Program-made: the position numbers and the translations under genes
Notes under the pieces: generated by a model
Databases searched by the model: none
What the model saw: only the letters and a program-made list of their open reading frames with translations
Told to the model about the DNA's origin: nothing
Source of the DNA: Candidatus Sumerlaeia bacterium
GTDB taxonomy: Bacteria > Sumerlaeota > Sumerlaeia > SLMS01 > JANRJK01
Direction of reading: 5' to 3'
DNA: 64,000 bases
Assembly: GCA_033764015.1 (NCBI GenBank)
Contig: JANRJK010000046.1
Coordinates: forward strand, 128,001 to 192,000
Shown: positions 20,493 to 30,422 of the stretch, piece after piece
How the letters are laid out: each line of letters opens with the position of its first letter
How positions within the stretch are numbered: position 1 is the first letter of the stretch

Positions 20493-21459
20493 TGCGCACC
20501 TCCACCTCGGCGGGGCCGAACAGGTGGCGCACCGAGCCGGCCCGTTCGATCCTGGTCTTCGCGATCCCGAAGTACGCCGGCTCCAGCTCGTTGGAGATCG
20601 AGTTCCTGCCGGCGGACATCGCCGCCAGCGCGGTCGATCCCGTTCCCGCGAACGGATCGAGCACGGTGTCGCCCGCGAAGGAGAACATCCGCACCAGACG
20701 CTCCGCGAGCTCGACCGGATACGGCGCCGGATGGCCCTCGCGGGTCGAGGCGCCACGGACGTCCGACCAGATCGAGCGCGTCCACGCCTTCATCTCCTCC
20801 TTCGTCAGCATCGAAAGCGCCTTCGCGAGCGGCGACGGCGAGCGGTACTGGCCCCCCTTGCGGAAGAAGAGGATGTACTCGATGTCGTTTTTGATGATCG
20901 CTCCGGGCTGGTAGGGCTTGCCGTAGAACCCGGCCCCGTTGCCCTCGGTCTCGTTCGCGCCGTTGGCGATCTTGTGCCAGAGGATCGGCGTGAGGCAGTC
21001 GAGGCCGAAGCGCCGCGAACGCACCTGCAGGTCCGCATGGAGCGGCATGACGAAGTGGCGCCCCGCCCTCTTGCGCGGCACGCAGACATCGCCCACCACG
21101 CAGCAGATCCGCCCGCCCGGCGCGAGCACCCGCGCGCAGTGGCTCCACACCTTGTCCAGTTCGCGAAGGAACTCCTCGTAATCTTCGACCGCGCCCAGCT
21201 GGCCGGGGGCTTCCTCGCCGTAGTCCTTAAGCGTCCAGTAGGGCGGCGACGTCACGACCAGATGCACCGACTCGTCGGCGATCCAGTCAAGATGCCGCGC
21301 ATCGCCAAGGCGGAGCTCGTGCACTGTGCGGTGGAATGGCTCGGGCCAGCTCGCGAGCCGCAGGGCCCGGTTCGCCGCGAGGAGCGCCTCCGGACCGCCC
21401 GACTTGTTGTCGTCGATCTGGCCGATGAGCGACGCCGCTTGTTCTTCGGATAGGGTCAT
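20473..21459 (-). CDS. DNA amino-methyltransferase, beta class (probably N4-cytosine)
   Basis: VTSPPYW (motif IV) precedes HPAPYP and VLDPFAGTGST (motif I). Confidence 0.93.
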   Translation of the reverse strand: MTLSEEQAASLIGQIDDNKSGGPEALLAANRALRLASWPEPFHRTVHELRLGDARHLDWIADESVHLVVTSPPYWTLKDYGEEAPGQLGAVEDYEEFLRELDKVWSHCARVLAPGGRICCVVGDVCVPRKRAGRHFVMPLHADLQVRSRRFGLDCLTPILWHKIANGANETEGNGAGFYGKPYQPGAIIKNDIEYILFFRKGGQYRSPSPLAKALSMLTKEEMKAWTRSIWSDVRGASTREGHPAPYPVELAERLVRMFSFAGDTVLDPFAGTGSTALAAMSAGRNSISNELEPAYFGIAKTRIERAGSVRHLFGPAEVEVRIGGATA

Positions 21460-21592
21460 GGCGGACGGTATGAACCAAATCTAGGGGCCGAAACGATAGC
21501 GAAAGGTTGTGGCGCGGTGGTGCGTCGCGCAATAGAAATGCCCCCCACTGCCGCCTTGATCCGGTGCGCGGGCGCCCGCAGCATCGCCCGCT

Positions 21593-22495
21593 GTGAACAA
21601 GGCCCGCGAAGGATCCACCCTCGCCCGGGCGCAGCGCCGCGCCGCGTGGCTGTTCCTTGCGCCGGGGTTGCTGGCGCTCGCGGCCGTCGGGCTCTATCCG
21701 CTCCTCGATACCTTCCGCCTCAGCTTCACCGACGCCTTCCGCGGCGATCCCGATCCGGCGCGCTGGGTGGGGTTCGCCCATTACCGCGCGCTGCTCGCGG
21801 ACGGCGCCTTCCGCGAGGCGGTCCGCAACACGGTCGTCTTCGCGACGGCGTCGGTCGCGCTCGAGTTCCTCCTCGGCCTCGGCATCGCCCTGCTGCTCGC
21901 GCGCGAGTTCCGCGGACGCGCCTTCATGCGCACCGCGATGCTCATTCCTTGGGCGTTGCCGACCGTCGTCGCCGCGCGGCTGTGGGCGTGGATGTTCAAC
22001 GACGTTTTCGGAGTGGTGAACGACCTGCTCCACACCCGCCTCGGGCTGCTGCCGGAGCCGCTCGCCTGGACCGCGACGCCGGGCCTCGCGATGGCCGCGA
22101 TCATCGCCGTGGACGTGTGGAAGACGACGCCGTTCATGGCGCTGCTGCTCCTCGCGGGGCTTCAGCTCATCCCGCGCGAGCTGTACGAGGCCGCCCGCGT
22201 GGACGGCGCCTCGCGCTGGCAGCAGTTCCGCGCCGTCACGCTGCCGCTGCTCAAGCCCGCCATCCTCGTCGCGCTCATCTTCCGGACGCTCGACGCGCTC
22301 CGCGTGTTCGACGTGATCTGGGTGATGACCGCCGGCAAGTTCGGCACCGAGAGCCTCGCCACCTACACCTACCGGCAGACCATGGCGTTCAACCGGCTCG
22401 GCTACGGGGCGGCGGCGAGCGTGCTCGTGTTCCTCATCATCGCGCTCTTCACCGCGGCGTATGTCACGGTGCTCCGCGTGGACCGCGACCGGTGA
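21593..22495 (+). CDS. carbohydrate ABC permease (MalF-like)
   Basis: WVGFAHY, DVWKTTPF, LYEAARVDGAS EAA loop. Confidence 0.93.
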   Translation: MNKAREGSTLARAQRRAAWLFLAPGLLALAAVGLYPLLDTFRLSFTDAFRGDPDPARWVGFAHYRALLADGAFREAVRNTVVFATASVALEFLLGLGIALLLAREFRGRAFMRTAMLIPWALPTVVAARLWAWMFNDVFGVVNDLLHTRLGLLPEPLAWTATPGLAMAAIIAVDVWKTTPFMALLLLAGLQLIPRELYEAARVDGASRWQQFRAVTLPLLKPAILVALIFRTLDALRVFDVIWVMTAGKFGTESLATYTYRQTMAFNRLGYGAAASVLVFLIIALFTAAYVTVLRVDRDR

Positions 22496-23322
22496 AGGCG
22501 CTGCGCCGCGCGGGCGCGGTCCTCCTGCTGGCGCTGCTCGCCTTCCACCTGCTCGCGCCGTTCTACTGGGCGGTCAACACGTCGCTGGCGCTGCCGGAGA
22601 ACGTGGCGAAGACGCCGGTGGACTACGTCCCCTCGCCGCCCACGCTCGAGGGCTACCGCCGCGTGCTCGGCAACCCGCTCTTCCTGCGCGCGGTACTCAA
22701 CTCGGCGCTGGTGTCGGGGGGCGCGACGGTGCTTTCGCTGGCGCTCGGCGCGGCGGCGGGGTGCGCGCTCGGGCGCTACGCCTTCCCCGGCCGCGGCGCG
22801 GTCCTGTCGCTCTTCCTCGCCATGACGATGTTTCCGCAGATCTCCGTGCTCGGAGCGCTCTTCACGCTCGTCACCACGACGGGCCTGTTCAACACGCCGC
22901 TCGCGCTGATCTCGACGTACCTGCTGACGACGCTGCCGTTCACCGTGTGGGTGCTGTCGAACTTCTTCCGGCAGTTGCCGCGCGAGCTGGAGGAGGCCGC
23001 CTTCGTGGACGGCGCCGGGCCCTTCGCAGTTTTCTGGCGCGTGCTGCTGCCGCTCGCCGCCCCGGGCCTCGCGACCACCGCGATCCTCGCCTTCATCAAC
23101 ACCTGGAACGAGTACCTCTACGCGCTCAGCTTCACCATCGACGAGAGCGCCCGCACCGCCCCCGTCGCCATCGCCCAGTTCACCGGCGAATCCGCGCTCG
23201 AGATCCCTTGGAACGAGATCATGGCCGCCAGCGTCCTCGTCACCCTGCCCCTTGTCCTCATCGTGCTGCTGTTCCAAAAGCACATCGTCTCGGGCATGAC
23301 CGCCGGCGCCGTGAAGGGCTGA
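22492..23322 (+). CDS. carbohydrate ABC permease (MalG-like)
   Basis: LEEAAFVDGA, FINTWNEY, GMTAGAVKG; GTGA overlap. Confidence 0.93.
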   Translation: MKALRRAGAVLLLALLAFHLLAPFYWAVNTSLALPENVAKTPVDYVPSPPTLEGYRRVLGNPLFLRAVLNSALVSGGATVLSLALGAAAGCALGRYAFPGRGAVLSLFLAMTMFPQISVLGALFTLVTTTGLFNTPLALISTYLLTTLPFTVWVLSNFFRQLPRELEEAAFVDGAGPFAVFWRVLLPLAAPGLATTAILAFINTWNEYLYALSFTIDESARTAPVAIAQFTGESALEIPWNEIMAASVLVTLPLVLIVLLFQKHIVSGMTAGAVKG

Positions 23323-23348
23323 GCGCACCCCGCAAAGGAACCCCTAAC

Positions 23349-23882
23349 ATGCGCCTCGCGATCCCCGTAGCCGCCGCGCTCGCGCTCGCCGGATGCGCCT
23401 CCGCGCCGAAGCGCACCGCCGCCCCGGCCCAGCCGTTCCCCGACGCCTGGTACGGCTCCTACGCCGGCACCATGTTGGTGGACATGCCCGGCCGGCCGGC
23501 GCAGTCGGTGCCGATGACGCTCGAAATCGCCCCCACGGAGGACCCGGCGCGCTGGCACTGGCGCATCGGCTACGCGGGCCAGCCGGTGCGCGACTACGCG
23601 CTCGAAGCGGTGGACGCCGACGCCGGCGAGTACCGCATCGACGAGAACAACTCGATCGTGCTGGACGCGCGGCTGCTCGGCGGCGTGCTCTTCTGCCACT
23701 ACGCCGGCCCGTGGGGCGCCTACACGGTGCGGTACGACTTCGACGGCGAGACGATGAAGTTCGACCTGGTCAGCACCGCGCCGGAGGCGACCTCGACCAC
23801 CGGCGGGGCCGAAGGCGTGCCGGCGTTCGACAACATCCCCGTGATCGGGTGGCAGCGCGCAGTCCTGCGCCGCGTGCCCTGA
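23349..23882 (+). CDS. hypothetical lipoprotein
   Basis: LALAGC lipobox; FPDAWYGSYAG, RDY.L and IDENNSIVL suggest a beta-rich fold. Confidence 0.8.
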   Translation: MRLAIPVAAALALAGCASAPKRTAAPAQPFPDAWYGSYAGTMLVDMPGRPAQSVPMTLEIAPTEDPARWHWRIGYAGQPVRDYALEAVDADAGEYRIDENNSIVLDARLLGGVLFCHYAGPWGAYTVRYDFDGETMKFDLVSTAPEATSTTGGAEGVPAFDNIPVIGWQRAVLRRVP

Positions 23883-23891
23883 CCGCCGCGC

Positions 23892-24992
23892 TCAGACGAA
23901 GTCCGGCTCCGGCAGCAGCTCGTAGAAGAAATTGCGCCGGCGCGGCGTGAAGCCCGCCTCCGACACCAGCGCGCGCAGGCCCAGCTCCGTCATGCGGAAG
24001 TTCGCGCCCGCCGCGCGCACCACGTTCTCCTCGATCATGATCGAGCCCATGTCGTCGCATCCGTGGAACAGCGACACCTGCCCGATGCGTCCGCCCTGCG
24101 TGACCCAGGAGGATTGGATGTGCTGGAAGTTGTCGAGGTAGAGCCGCGCGATGGCGGTGGTGCGCAGGTAGTCCCAGCTCCCCACCTCCTTGACGCCCTT
24201 CTGCTCGCCGAGGCGCGTGTGCTCCGGCTGGAACGTCCAGTCGATGAACGCCGTGAAGCCCCCCGTTTCGTCCTGCAGCTCGCGGAAGCGGCGGAACGTC
24301 TCGATGCGCTCCTCCAGCGTCTCGACATGGCCGAACATCATGGTGGCGGTGGAGCGCCCGCCCAGCTTGTGCCACGCGCGGTGCACCTCGATCCAGTCGT
24401 CCGACAGCACCTTGCCGCGGGTGATCTCCTTGCGGACGCGGTCGGAGAGGATCTCGGCGCCGCCGCCGGGGAGCGACGCCAGCCCGGCCGCCTTGAGCCG
24501 CCCGAGCACCTCGTCGTACCCGAGCTTGTTGATCTTCGAGAACGCGTGGATCTCCGGCGCGCTGAAGCCGTGCACGTGGATGCCGAACTCCGTCGTGAGG
24601 AAGCGCAGCATGTCCTCGTAGAACTCGAGCTTGAGCCGCGGGTGCATGCCGCCCTGGAGCAGGAGCTGGTTGCCGCCGAGCTCCTGCGTCTCGCGCACCT
24701 TCTCCGCGAGCTGCTCGTGCGTCAGCACGTACGCCTCCGAATCGCCGAGCTTGCGGTAGAAGGCGCAGAACTCGCAGTCCGCCAGGCAGACGTTCGTGTA
24801 GTTGACGTTCCGGTCGATGATGTAGGTGACGACGGAGGTGGGGTTCAGGCGCTTGCGGGCGCGGTGCGCGGCGACGGAGAGCTCGGGCAGCTCGGCGCGC
24901 TCGAACAGCAGGAGCGCCTCCTCGTCGGAGATGCGCTCGCCCGCGGCGGCGCGCTCCAGCAGGTCCTGGATCTCGTGGGTGGCGGTCGTCAT
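23892..24992 (-). CDS. mqnC: cyclic dehypoxanthinyl futalosine synthase
   Basis: IDRNVNYTNVC...CEFCAF, LQGG.HP, LPGGGAEIL, TATMMFGH, IQSSWVTQG, MIEENVV. Confidence 0.9.
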   Translation of the reverse strand: MTTATHEIQDLLERAAAGERISDEEALLLFERAELPELSVAAHRARKRLNPTSVVTYIIDRNVNYTNVCLADCEFCAFYRKLGDSEAYVLTHEQLAEKVRETQELGGNQLLLQGGMHPRLKLEFYEDMLRFLTTEFGIHVHGFSAPEIHAFSKINKLGYDEVLGRLKAAGLASLPGGGAEILSDRVRKEITRGKVLSDDWIEVHRAWHKLGGRSTATMMFGHVETLEERIETFRRFRELQDETGGFTAFIDWTFQPEHTRLGEQKGVKEVGSWDYLRTTAIARLYLDNFQHIQSSWVTQGGRIGQVSLFHGCDDMGSIMIEENVVRAAGANFRMTELGLRALVSEAGFTPRRRNFFYELLPEPDFV

Positions 24993-25077
24993 CGGTGCGG
25001 CTCCATGGCGTCGTGCGGAAAGAGTGGCGATTTAGGCCCTCCGGGGCAACGGGGAGCGCGCGGCGTGCCGGTCGGGG

Positions 25078-26313
25078 CTACTGGTACAGCATCCAGCCGT
25101 CCACGCCCGCGTTCACGACGTCCGGGTTCGCCAGCATCGCGAGCGCGGCCGCCTGCATCCGCACCACTTCCGCGGCCTGCGCCGGAGTGATCCGGGCCAG
25201 CGTGTCGCCCGTGTTGTGGTAGCCCGGGTAGGTGTCCCACTCGTTCTCGATCGCGAGCGTCGCCTTCATCCCGCGCTGGATGAACGGCACATGGTCGCTG
25301 CCGAAGGGGTTCAGCGAGCGGAACACCACCAGCGAGGTGAACTCCTCCGCCGCCGCCTCCTGCACGTCGCCGAGGGCTGAACCGGTCGCGTTCGTCTCGA
25401 GCAGCACATCGAGCTGGGCGTCCGACGAGTAGCCAACCATGTCCATGGTGAGCGCGCCGATCAGGTTGGGCGCGCGCCCGGCGGACTGGATCGCCGATGC
25501 GTAGCGCGTACTCCCCACCAGGCCCTGCTCCTCGACGCCGAAGTGCACGAACTCGATGCTGCGCTGCGGCTGCGGCATGGCGGCGAACACCTTCGCCAGC
25601 TCCACCACCGCCGCCGTGCCCGACCCGTTGTCCTCCGCGCCGGGGGCGGTCGACCCCGACGGGAGCGAGTCGTAGTGCGCGCCCACCACAAGGAACTCGT
25701 CCGGCCGCGTCGAACCCACGATCCTCCCGATCACGTTGTACTGCGTGGTGGAAGAGTAGCTGAAAGATTGGAGCGACACCGGGATCGACAGCGCGTCGTA
25801 CTGGTCTTCCAGCCAGTTCCGCGCGTTCGTATTCCCCGCGTTGAACGTGTAGCGGCTGCCGAAGCCGACGATAGTGGTCAGCGCCGCCATGTAGCGTGTC
25901 TGGTCCACCTCGTCCACGTAGGTTTGGATCTGCGCGCGGGTGAGGCCGGATGCCGGCAGGCCGCCGCGCGATGCGCGGTCGGAGCGCTCGACGGGCACGC
26001 GGCGCTCCGCCAGCGGGATCGGCACCGGCACGAAGTCGCGGCAATGCCCCACCGACATCGGCACGTTGGCGCGGCGGAAGACACCGCCATAGAAGCCGCC
26101 GAGCACGCGGTCCGCCGCCGCGCGCCGCCCGGGGATCGAGAGGTCGATCACCGTGTAGCCGGGCGTCGACGTTTCCGGGCACGCCAGCTCCGCGATTTCC
26201 GGCGGCACATTGCGGCCCAGCAGCAAATACGCCGCGGGCTCCTCGGCCCCCCGGGCCGCGCTGGCCGCGAGCAGCAAGGCCGCCGCGGCGATCTGGAACT
26301 TGAAAACGCTCAT
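25078..26313 (-). CDS. exported M28 family metallopeptidase
   Basis: Signal peptide; GAHYDS, GAEDNGSG, EEQGLVGS, MDMVGY, SDHVPF, YH..GD; ends NAGVDGWMLYQ. Confidence 0.92.
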   Translation of the reverse strand: MSVFKFQIAAAALLLAASAARGAEEPAAYLLLGRNVPPEIAELACPETSTPGYTVIDLSIPGRRAAADRVLGGFYGGVFRRANVPMSVGHCRDFVPVPIPLAERRVPVERSDRASRGGLPASGLTRAQIQTYVDEVDQTRYMAALTTIVGFGSRYTFNAGNTNARNWLEDQYDALSIPVSLQSFSYSSTTQYNVIGRIVGSTRPDEFLVVGAHYDSLPSGSTAPGAEDNGSGTAAVVELAKVFAAMPQPQRSIEFVHFGVEEQGLVGSTRYASAIQSAGRAPNLIGALTMDMVGYSSDAQLDVLLETNATGSALGDVQEAAAEEFTSLVVFRSLNPFGSDHVPFIQRGMKATLAIENEWDTYPGYHNTGDTLARITPAQAAEVVRMQAAALAMLANPDVVNAGVDGWMLYQ

Positions 26314-26363
26314 CGTGGCCTTCCCCTGCTCTGCCGAAATCAGAGGCAGGAAGCGGGCCGAAG

Positions 26364-27218
26364 TCAACCGCCGGGCCGTGCGCGGGCGGCGCGCCAGTTC
26401 CTCGGGCTGAGGCCGGTGTGGCGCCGGAAGGCGGCGCTGAAGGCGAATTCGTCGGAGTAACCGACCGCCCCCGCCACTGCGGCGACGCGCAGGCCCGTGT
26501 GCTCGAGCAGCGCACAGGCCCGGTCCATGCGGGCGCGGGCCACCATTCGCAGCGGCGGCACCCCCCACTGCGCCTTCGCGAGGCGTCGGAAGTGCTGAGG
26601 CGAATAGTGGGCGAGCGAGGCCAACTCAGCCTCCGTCCATCGGCGGGCTGGATCGGCCTCGATGGCGCGCGCCACGGCTCTGACTCGTTCCTCCACCTCG
26701 CGGTCGGCGAGCCCCCCCCCGGCCTGCAACTCTCCGAGTGCGGCCGTGAGCGACCGCGCCACGGCGTGCGCGACCGCGGGTCGATCCATTGCGCGCTCCT
26801 CAGCGTAGACTGAAGCCAAAGCGTGGAGGGTCGCCGCGTCCGATCCCCCCCAAGCGATCACGCCCGAGAAATGCCGCCAACGGGAGCGCGCCGCCAGATG
26901 GAACCAAGCCACCTGCCACTCGCCAGCCGCCACTGAGTAAGCGTAACGGGATCCCGCCGCCAACACCGTGATCGACGGGGAGTCGATGTTCCGTCGACCC
27001 GAGCCCGAGTCCAGCACGGCGCTCCCGTCGGTCGTGGCCAGCACCACATGGTAGCGCGGCGCCGTCCGCTCAACACGGTAGCCCGTCGTGAGGCGGCTAA
27101 CGCCTGCCAGTTGGACGCCTGCTCCGCGCAACGGCTCCGCCGCGGCACCCTCCAGCGGAAGGAAGCGCTCCCGGCATCCAGCGCCGAAGATGAGCGTCTC
27201 AAACAGGTCTTTGAGCAT
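26364..27218 (-). CDS. AraC family transcriptional regulator
   Basis: WTEAELA...SPQHFRRL; VAGAVGYSDEFAFSAAFRRHTGLSP; start uncertain. Confidence 0.9.
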   Translation of the reverse strand: MLKDLFETLIFGAGCRERFLPLEGAAAEPLRGAGVQLAGVSRLTTGYRVERTAPRYHVVLATTDGSAVLDSGSGRRNIDSPSITVLAAGSRYAYSVAAGEWQVAWFHLAARSRWRHFSGVIAWGGSDAATLHALASVYAEERAMDRPAVAHAVARSLTAALGELQAGGGLADREVEERVRAVARAIEADPARRWTEAELASLAHYSPQHFRRLAKAQWGVPPLRMVARARMDRACALLEHTGLRVAAVAGAVGYSDEFAFSAAFRRHTGLSPRNWRAARARPGG

Positions 27219-27296
27219 TCGCCCCATTCCCCCGACCACTTTTCCGACAATAATCACGGGCAATTCCACCGGAAATCCAACAGAGGTCAACGTCGC

Positions 27297-27998
27297 ATGA
27301 GCGAATCAGTGATGTCACTCCTGCCAACCGTGAACCGGCTCCTTGCCGATCCCGCCTCCTTGGCGCAGGGGTGGGACCGGGCGGCGCAATGGGCGCTCGC
27401 CGGCGAGCTGCTGGCGATCGTCGTGGGCGGATTCGCCGCGCACGGCATCACCTTGGGCCTCGTCCGCCCGGGTTGGCAGACGTTCGCCTCGGCGCTAAAG
27501 GCGCCCCTCGTGCCTCTGCTGTCACTTCTGGTGACGCTTCCTCTCTTGCACGCACTCGCGTTAGTGGTTTCCGGCGGGGGAGGCGTCGCGGCTACAGTCG
27601 CGCTAAGCTTGGTGCCGCTCGCCGTCGCGGGCCTGTTGCTCGGCGCCGCAACTCCGTTGCTGGTCTTCTTCGGCGCGACCTCCGACTACCACTTCTGCAA
27701 ACTGCTGCACGTCGGTACGACGTCGCTAGGCGGCCTTGCGGGAGCACTCGCCCTCCTCCGGACGCTCCGCGCGGCGGACGGCGCATCGCCGACCGTTTTC
27801 TTGCCGTGGGTGCTGGTGTTCTTTTTTGTCGCCGCCCAGATGGCCTGGACTCTTCGCCCCTTCATCGGGGCGCCCGATCAGCCGTTCCGATGGGTGGCCG
27901 CGCGAGGAGGGCGGCTTAACTTCTACAGCGCGGTCGCGCTGTCCCTGCGCGACCGCGTTGCTCCGGCCACCGCCCCTGCCCCCCAAGACCGGGACTGA
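27297..27998 (+). CDS. conserved hypothetical membrane protein
   Basis: About 5 TM helices; SALKAPL, TLP, QMAWTLRPFIG, NFY; divergent from the AraC gene. Confidence 0.75.
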   Translation: MSESVMSLLPTVNRLLADPASLAQGWDRAAQWALAGELLAIVVGGFAAHGITLGLVRPGWQTFASALKAPLVPLLSLLVTLPLLHALALVVSGGGGVAATVALSLVPLAVAGLLLGAATPLLVFFGATSDYHFCKLLHVGTTSLGGLAGALALLRTLRAADGASPTVFLPWVLVFFFVAAQMAWTLRPFIGAPDQPFRWVAARGGRLNFYSAVALSLRDRVAPATAPAPQDRD

Positions 27999-28017
27999 AG
28001 CGCCGCCCGCCCGCCCG

Positions 28018-29253
28018 CTACGCCCCGAACTTCTGCAGCTTTCCCGCGTGGCCGAGCGCGAGTTGCATCAGCTCCATGGAGGGGAAGAGGCCGAGCGAGC
28101 CGGTCACGCAGGTGCGTTCGCAGAAGCGCAGGTTGCCGCCGACGTCGGAGGTCTTCGCCGCGATCATCGTGGGCACCGGGTGGAAGCTGTGGCCGCGCAT
28201 CGGCGGCGGCGTGCAATGGTCGCCGGTGACCACGATCACGTCGTTCAGCTTCTCGCCCAGCCAGGCCAGGTGGCGGTCCGTCTCCTCGATGATCGAAATC
28301 TTGCCGCGGCGGTTGCCGTCCTCGCCGTAGGAGTCGGTCTTCTTCACGTGCAGGAAGAAGAAGTCGTACTCGTTCCAGTGCTGCTTGAGCGTCTCGAACT
28401 CGTCGGCGATCTCGGTGCCGGTCTTGAGGATGTCCATGCCGACCAGGCGGGCGACGCCGCGGTAGAGCGGGTGCGTGGCGATGGCGCCGCAGCGCATGCC
28501 CCAGCGCTGCTGAAGGGTCTCGATGCCGGGGTCCTTGGCGAAGCCGCGGAGCGAGAAGCCGTTGGCCTTGGGCTCGTCCTTGATCGCGGCGGACATCTTG
28601 GCGATGGCGGCCTCGATCACCTTGCGGGTGCGCTCCGTGTGCGGGCCCTCGACGGAGGGGCGCACCGGGAGCGGCGCCTTGCCGGTCACCTGCGGGTCCG
28701 TGTCGAGGAACGCCCCCTCGAGGTCCGGCCCGTCGAACACGACGCAGAAGCGGTACTCCTTCACCGGGAGCACCTTGACGGAGACGCCGTCGATGGGCTC
28801 GGCGACGGCGGCCTGCATCTTGGCGCAGACGCGGGTGCCCTCGTCGGAGCCGATGCGCCCCGCGCGGCGGTCGGAGATCAGCCCGGCCGCGTCGAGCGTG
28901 GCGAAGTTGCCGCGCGCGGCGACCTCGTGGGGCTTGAGCGCGTAGTCGACGCCGACCGCCTCGAGCACGCCGCGGCCGATCTCGTTCTCCTCCGCCACCG
29001 GGTCGTAGCCGAACAGCGCCAAGTGCCCCGGGCCCGAGCCCACCGTCATGCCGCGGAGCGCCGGGATGATGCGCCCGAGCGACGCGCGCTGCGCCAAGCG
29101 GTCGAGGTTCGGCGTCGAGGCCGCCTCGAGTTCCGTGGTGCCGTGCGTGGTGGTGCGGATGCCGCCGATACCGTCCATCACAAGGAAGACGATCTTCGAA
29201 TCGGACTTGGTCGCGAGGGACTTGAGGATGGCGAGGTGGCGCGGGTTCGACAT
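28018..29253 (-). CDS. apgM: 2,3-bisphosphoglycerate-independent phosphoglycerate mutase (ApgM type)
   Basis: MDGIGG, TPNLD.LA, GSGPGHLALFGYDP, GRGVLEA, HVKKTDSYGEDG, VTGDH.TP, HSFHPVP. Confidence 0.92.
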   Translation of the reverse strand: MSNPRHLAILKSLATKSDSKIVFLVMDGIGGIRTTTHGTTELEAASTPNLDRLAQRASLGRIIPALRGMTVGSGPGHLALFGYDPVAEENEIGRGVLEAVGVDYALKPHEVAARGNFATLDAAGLISDRRAGRIGSDEGTRVCAKMQAAVAEPIDGVSVKVLPVKEYRFCVVFDGPDLEGAFLDTDPQVTGKAPLPVRPSVEGPHTERTRKVIEAAIAKMSAAIKDEPKANGFSLRGFAKDPGIETLQQRWGMRCGAIATHPLYRGVARLVGMDILKTGTEIADEFETLKQHWNEYDFFFLHVKKTDSYGEDGNRRGKISIIEETDRHLAWLGEKLNDVIVVTGDHCTPPPMRGHSFHPVPTMIAAKTSDVGGNLRFCERTCVTGSLGLFPSMELMQLALGHAGKLQKFGA

Positions 29254-29558
29254 GGTTCCGGGCTCCAGGGAGCGTTCGTGTGGCTGCGTCAAGTCACGGG
29301 AGCGGGAAACGGCGGGGCAACGGTTCTCAGGAGGGGGACGGTGCGACGGGCAGGTGGCGGCGCGACGGGCGCGGTGCGACGGGCAAGGTATCGCGGGCGA
29401 CCCGCCCGCGCGGCCCCCCGCTCCGAAGGAAGGTTTTCTTCACGCGAGGCCGCGATGACGCGGACAGGTCAGCAGCGGCGCCGCGCAGAGGTCAAGAGGC
29501 GTGCGAGGTAGGGGCGCGCCGAACCCACACCAAGCCTTCTGCCGGGCTCATCCATCCG

Positions 29559-30422
29559 CTACTCCTCGGAAAACGGTTCCTTCCAAGGGCCCACCTCGGC
29601 CAGCCGTTCGTCACAGTACTTGACGAGCGCCTCTTGTAGTTCCGGGTCATCCACCACGACGTGATCACGGATCATCAAGTACTTGTAGCGGTTCCACTCG
29701 CGGATACGCAGCCACCCGAGGAACTTCTCTTCCTTGCTGCTGCCGAGTGGATAACTCCAAGCCCAAGTCTCAAACTCGGTCTTGATCTTCTCGGACTTGT
29801 CGAGTTGCAAGAGCGCAATCTGCATGTCTGCAGTGCGAAAATGAACGAGAAGCTTCTCGACGAACGGACGCTGCTCCTCCATGAGTTCTTGCTCGGTTGC
29901 TGGGAAAACCCCTGCAGAGATTGAGTTCTCCCTGAAGAACTCCACTTCTTCTTCAAACTCCTCCCGAGTTAGTGCCACATCAGGGAAGCCTGCGGCTGCC
30001 TCCTCCGCTTCTCGAAAGAGAGTCGCGATGCCCTCTTCGTCCTCCGATGGCAGCTTGGCTGCGCGGGGGATCAACTCCCCACGGATTCGCGCGATTGCCA
30101 AATACTTCTCGCCGAACCCGAGAACGTGCCCGTGAGCCACGTACTCGGAGTATGCGGCTTGGAACTCGGCTTCAGAAATTCCGCCTTGCCGGGCCTTGAG
30201 CCACTGTGTTAGGTGTTGATCGGAGAACTCTACCAACCAATCCACCCTCTGCCTTTGCGGCTGGGAAGGCGAACTCAATTCAAGCGGAAGGTTGTCAACC
30301 GCCCCAAATCCTTGAACTGTTTGCGCAGGCAGGTTCAAGCCCAAAGATGCGAGGAGGATCATCATCAGCACGTGATTCACCAAGCTAAGTTTACTCTTGC
30401 TCACGGGCAGTCTCCGCAACAT
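29559..30422 (-). CDS. hypothetical exported protein (acidic, predicted helical)
   Basis: Low-GC ORF; hydrophobic VLMMILLASLGLNLPA signal; start uncertain. Confidence 0.7.
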   Translation of the reverse strand: MLRRLPVSKSKLSLVNHVLMMILLASLGLNLPAQTVQGFGAVDNLPLELSSPSQPQRQRVDWLVEFSDQHLTQWLKARQGGISEAEFQAAYSEYVAHGHVLGFGEKYLAIARIRGELIPRAAKLPSEDEEGIATLFREAEEAAAGFPDVALTREEFEEEVEFFRENSISAGVFPATEQELMEEQRPFVEKLLVHFRTADMQIALLQLDKSEKIKTEFETWAWSYPLGSSKEEKFLGWLRIREWNRYKYLMIRDHVVVDDPELQEALVKYCDERLAEVGPWKEPFSEE

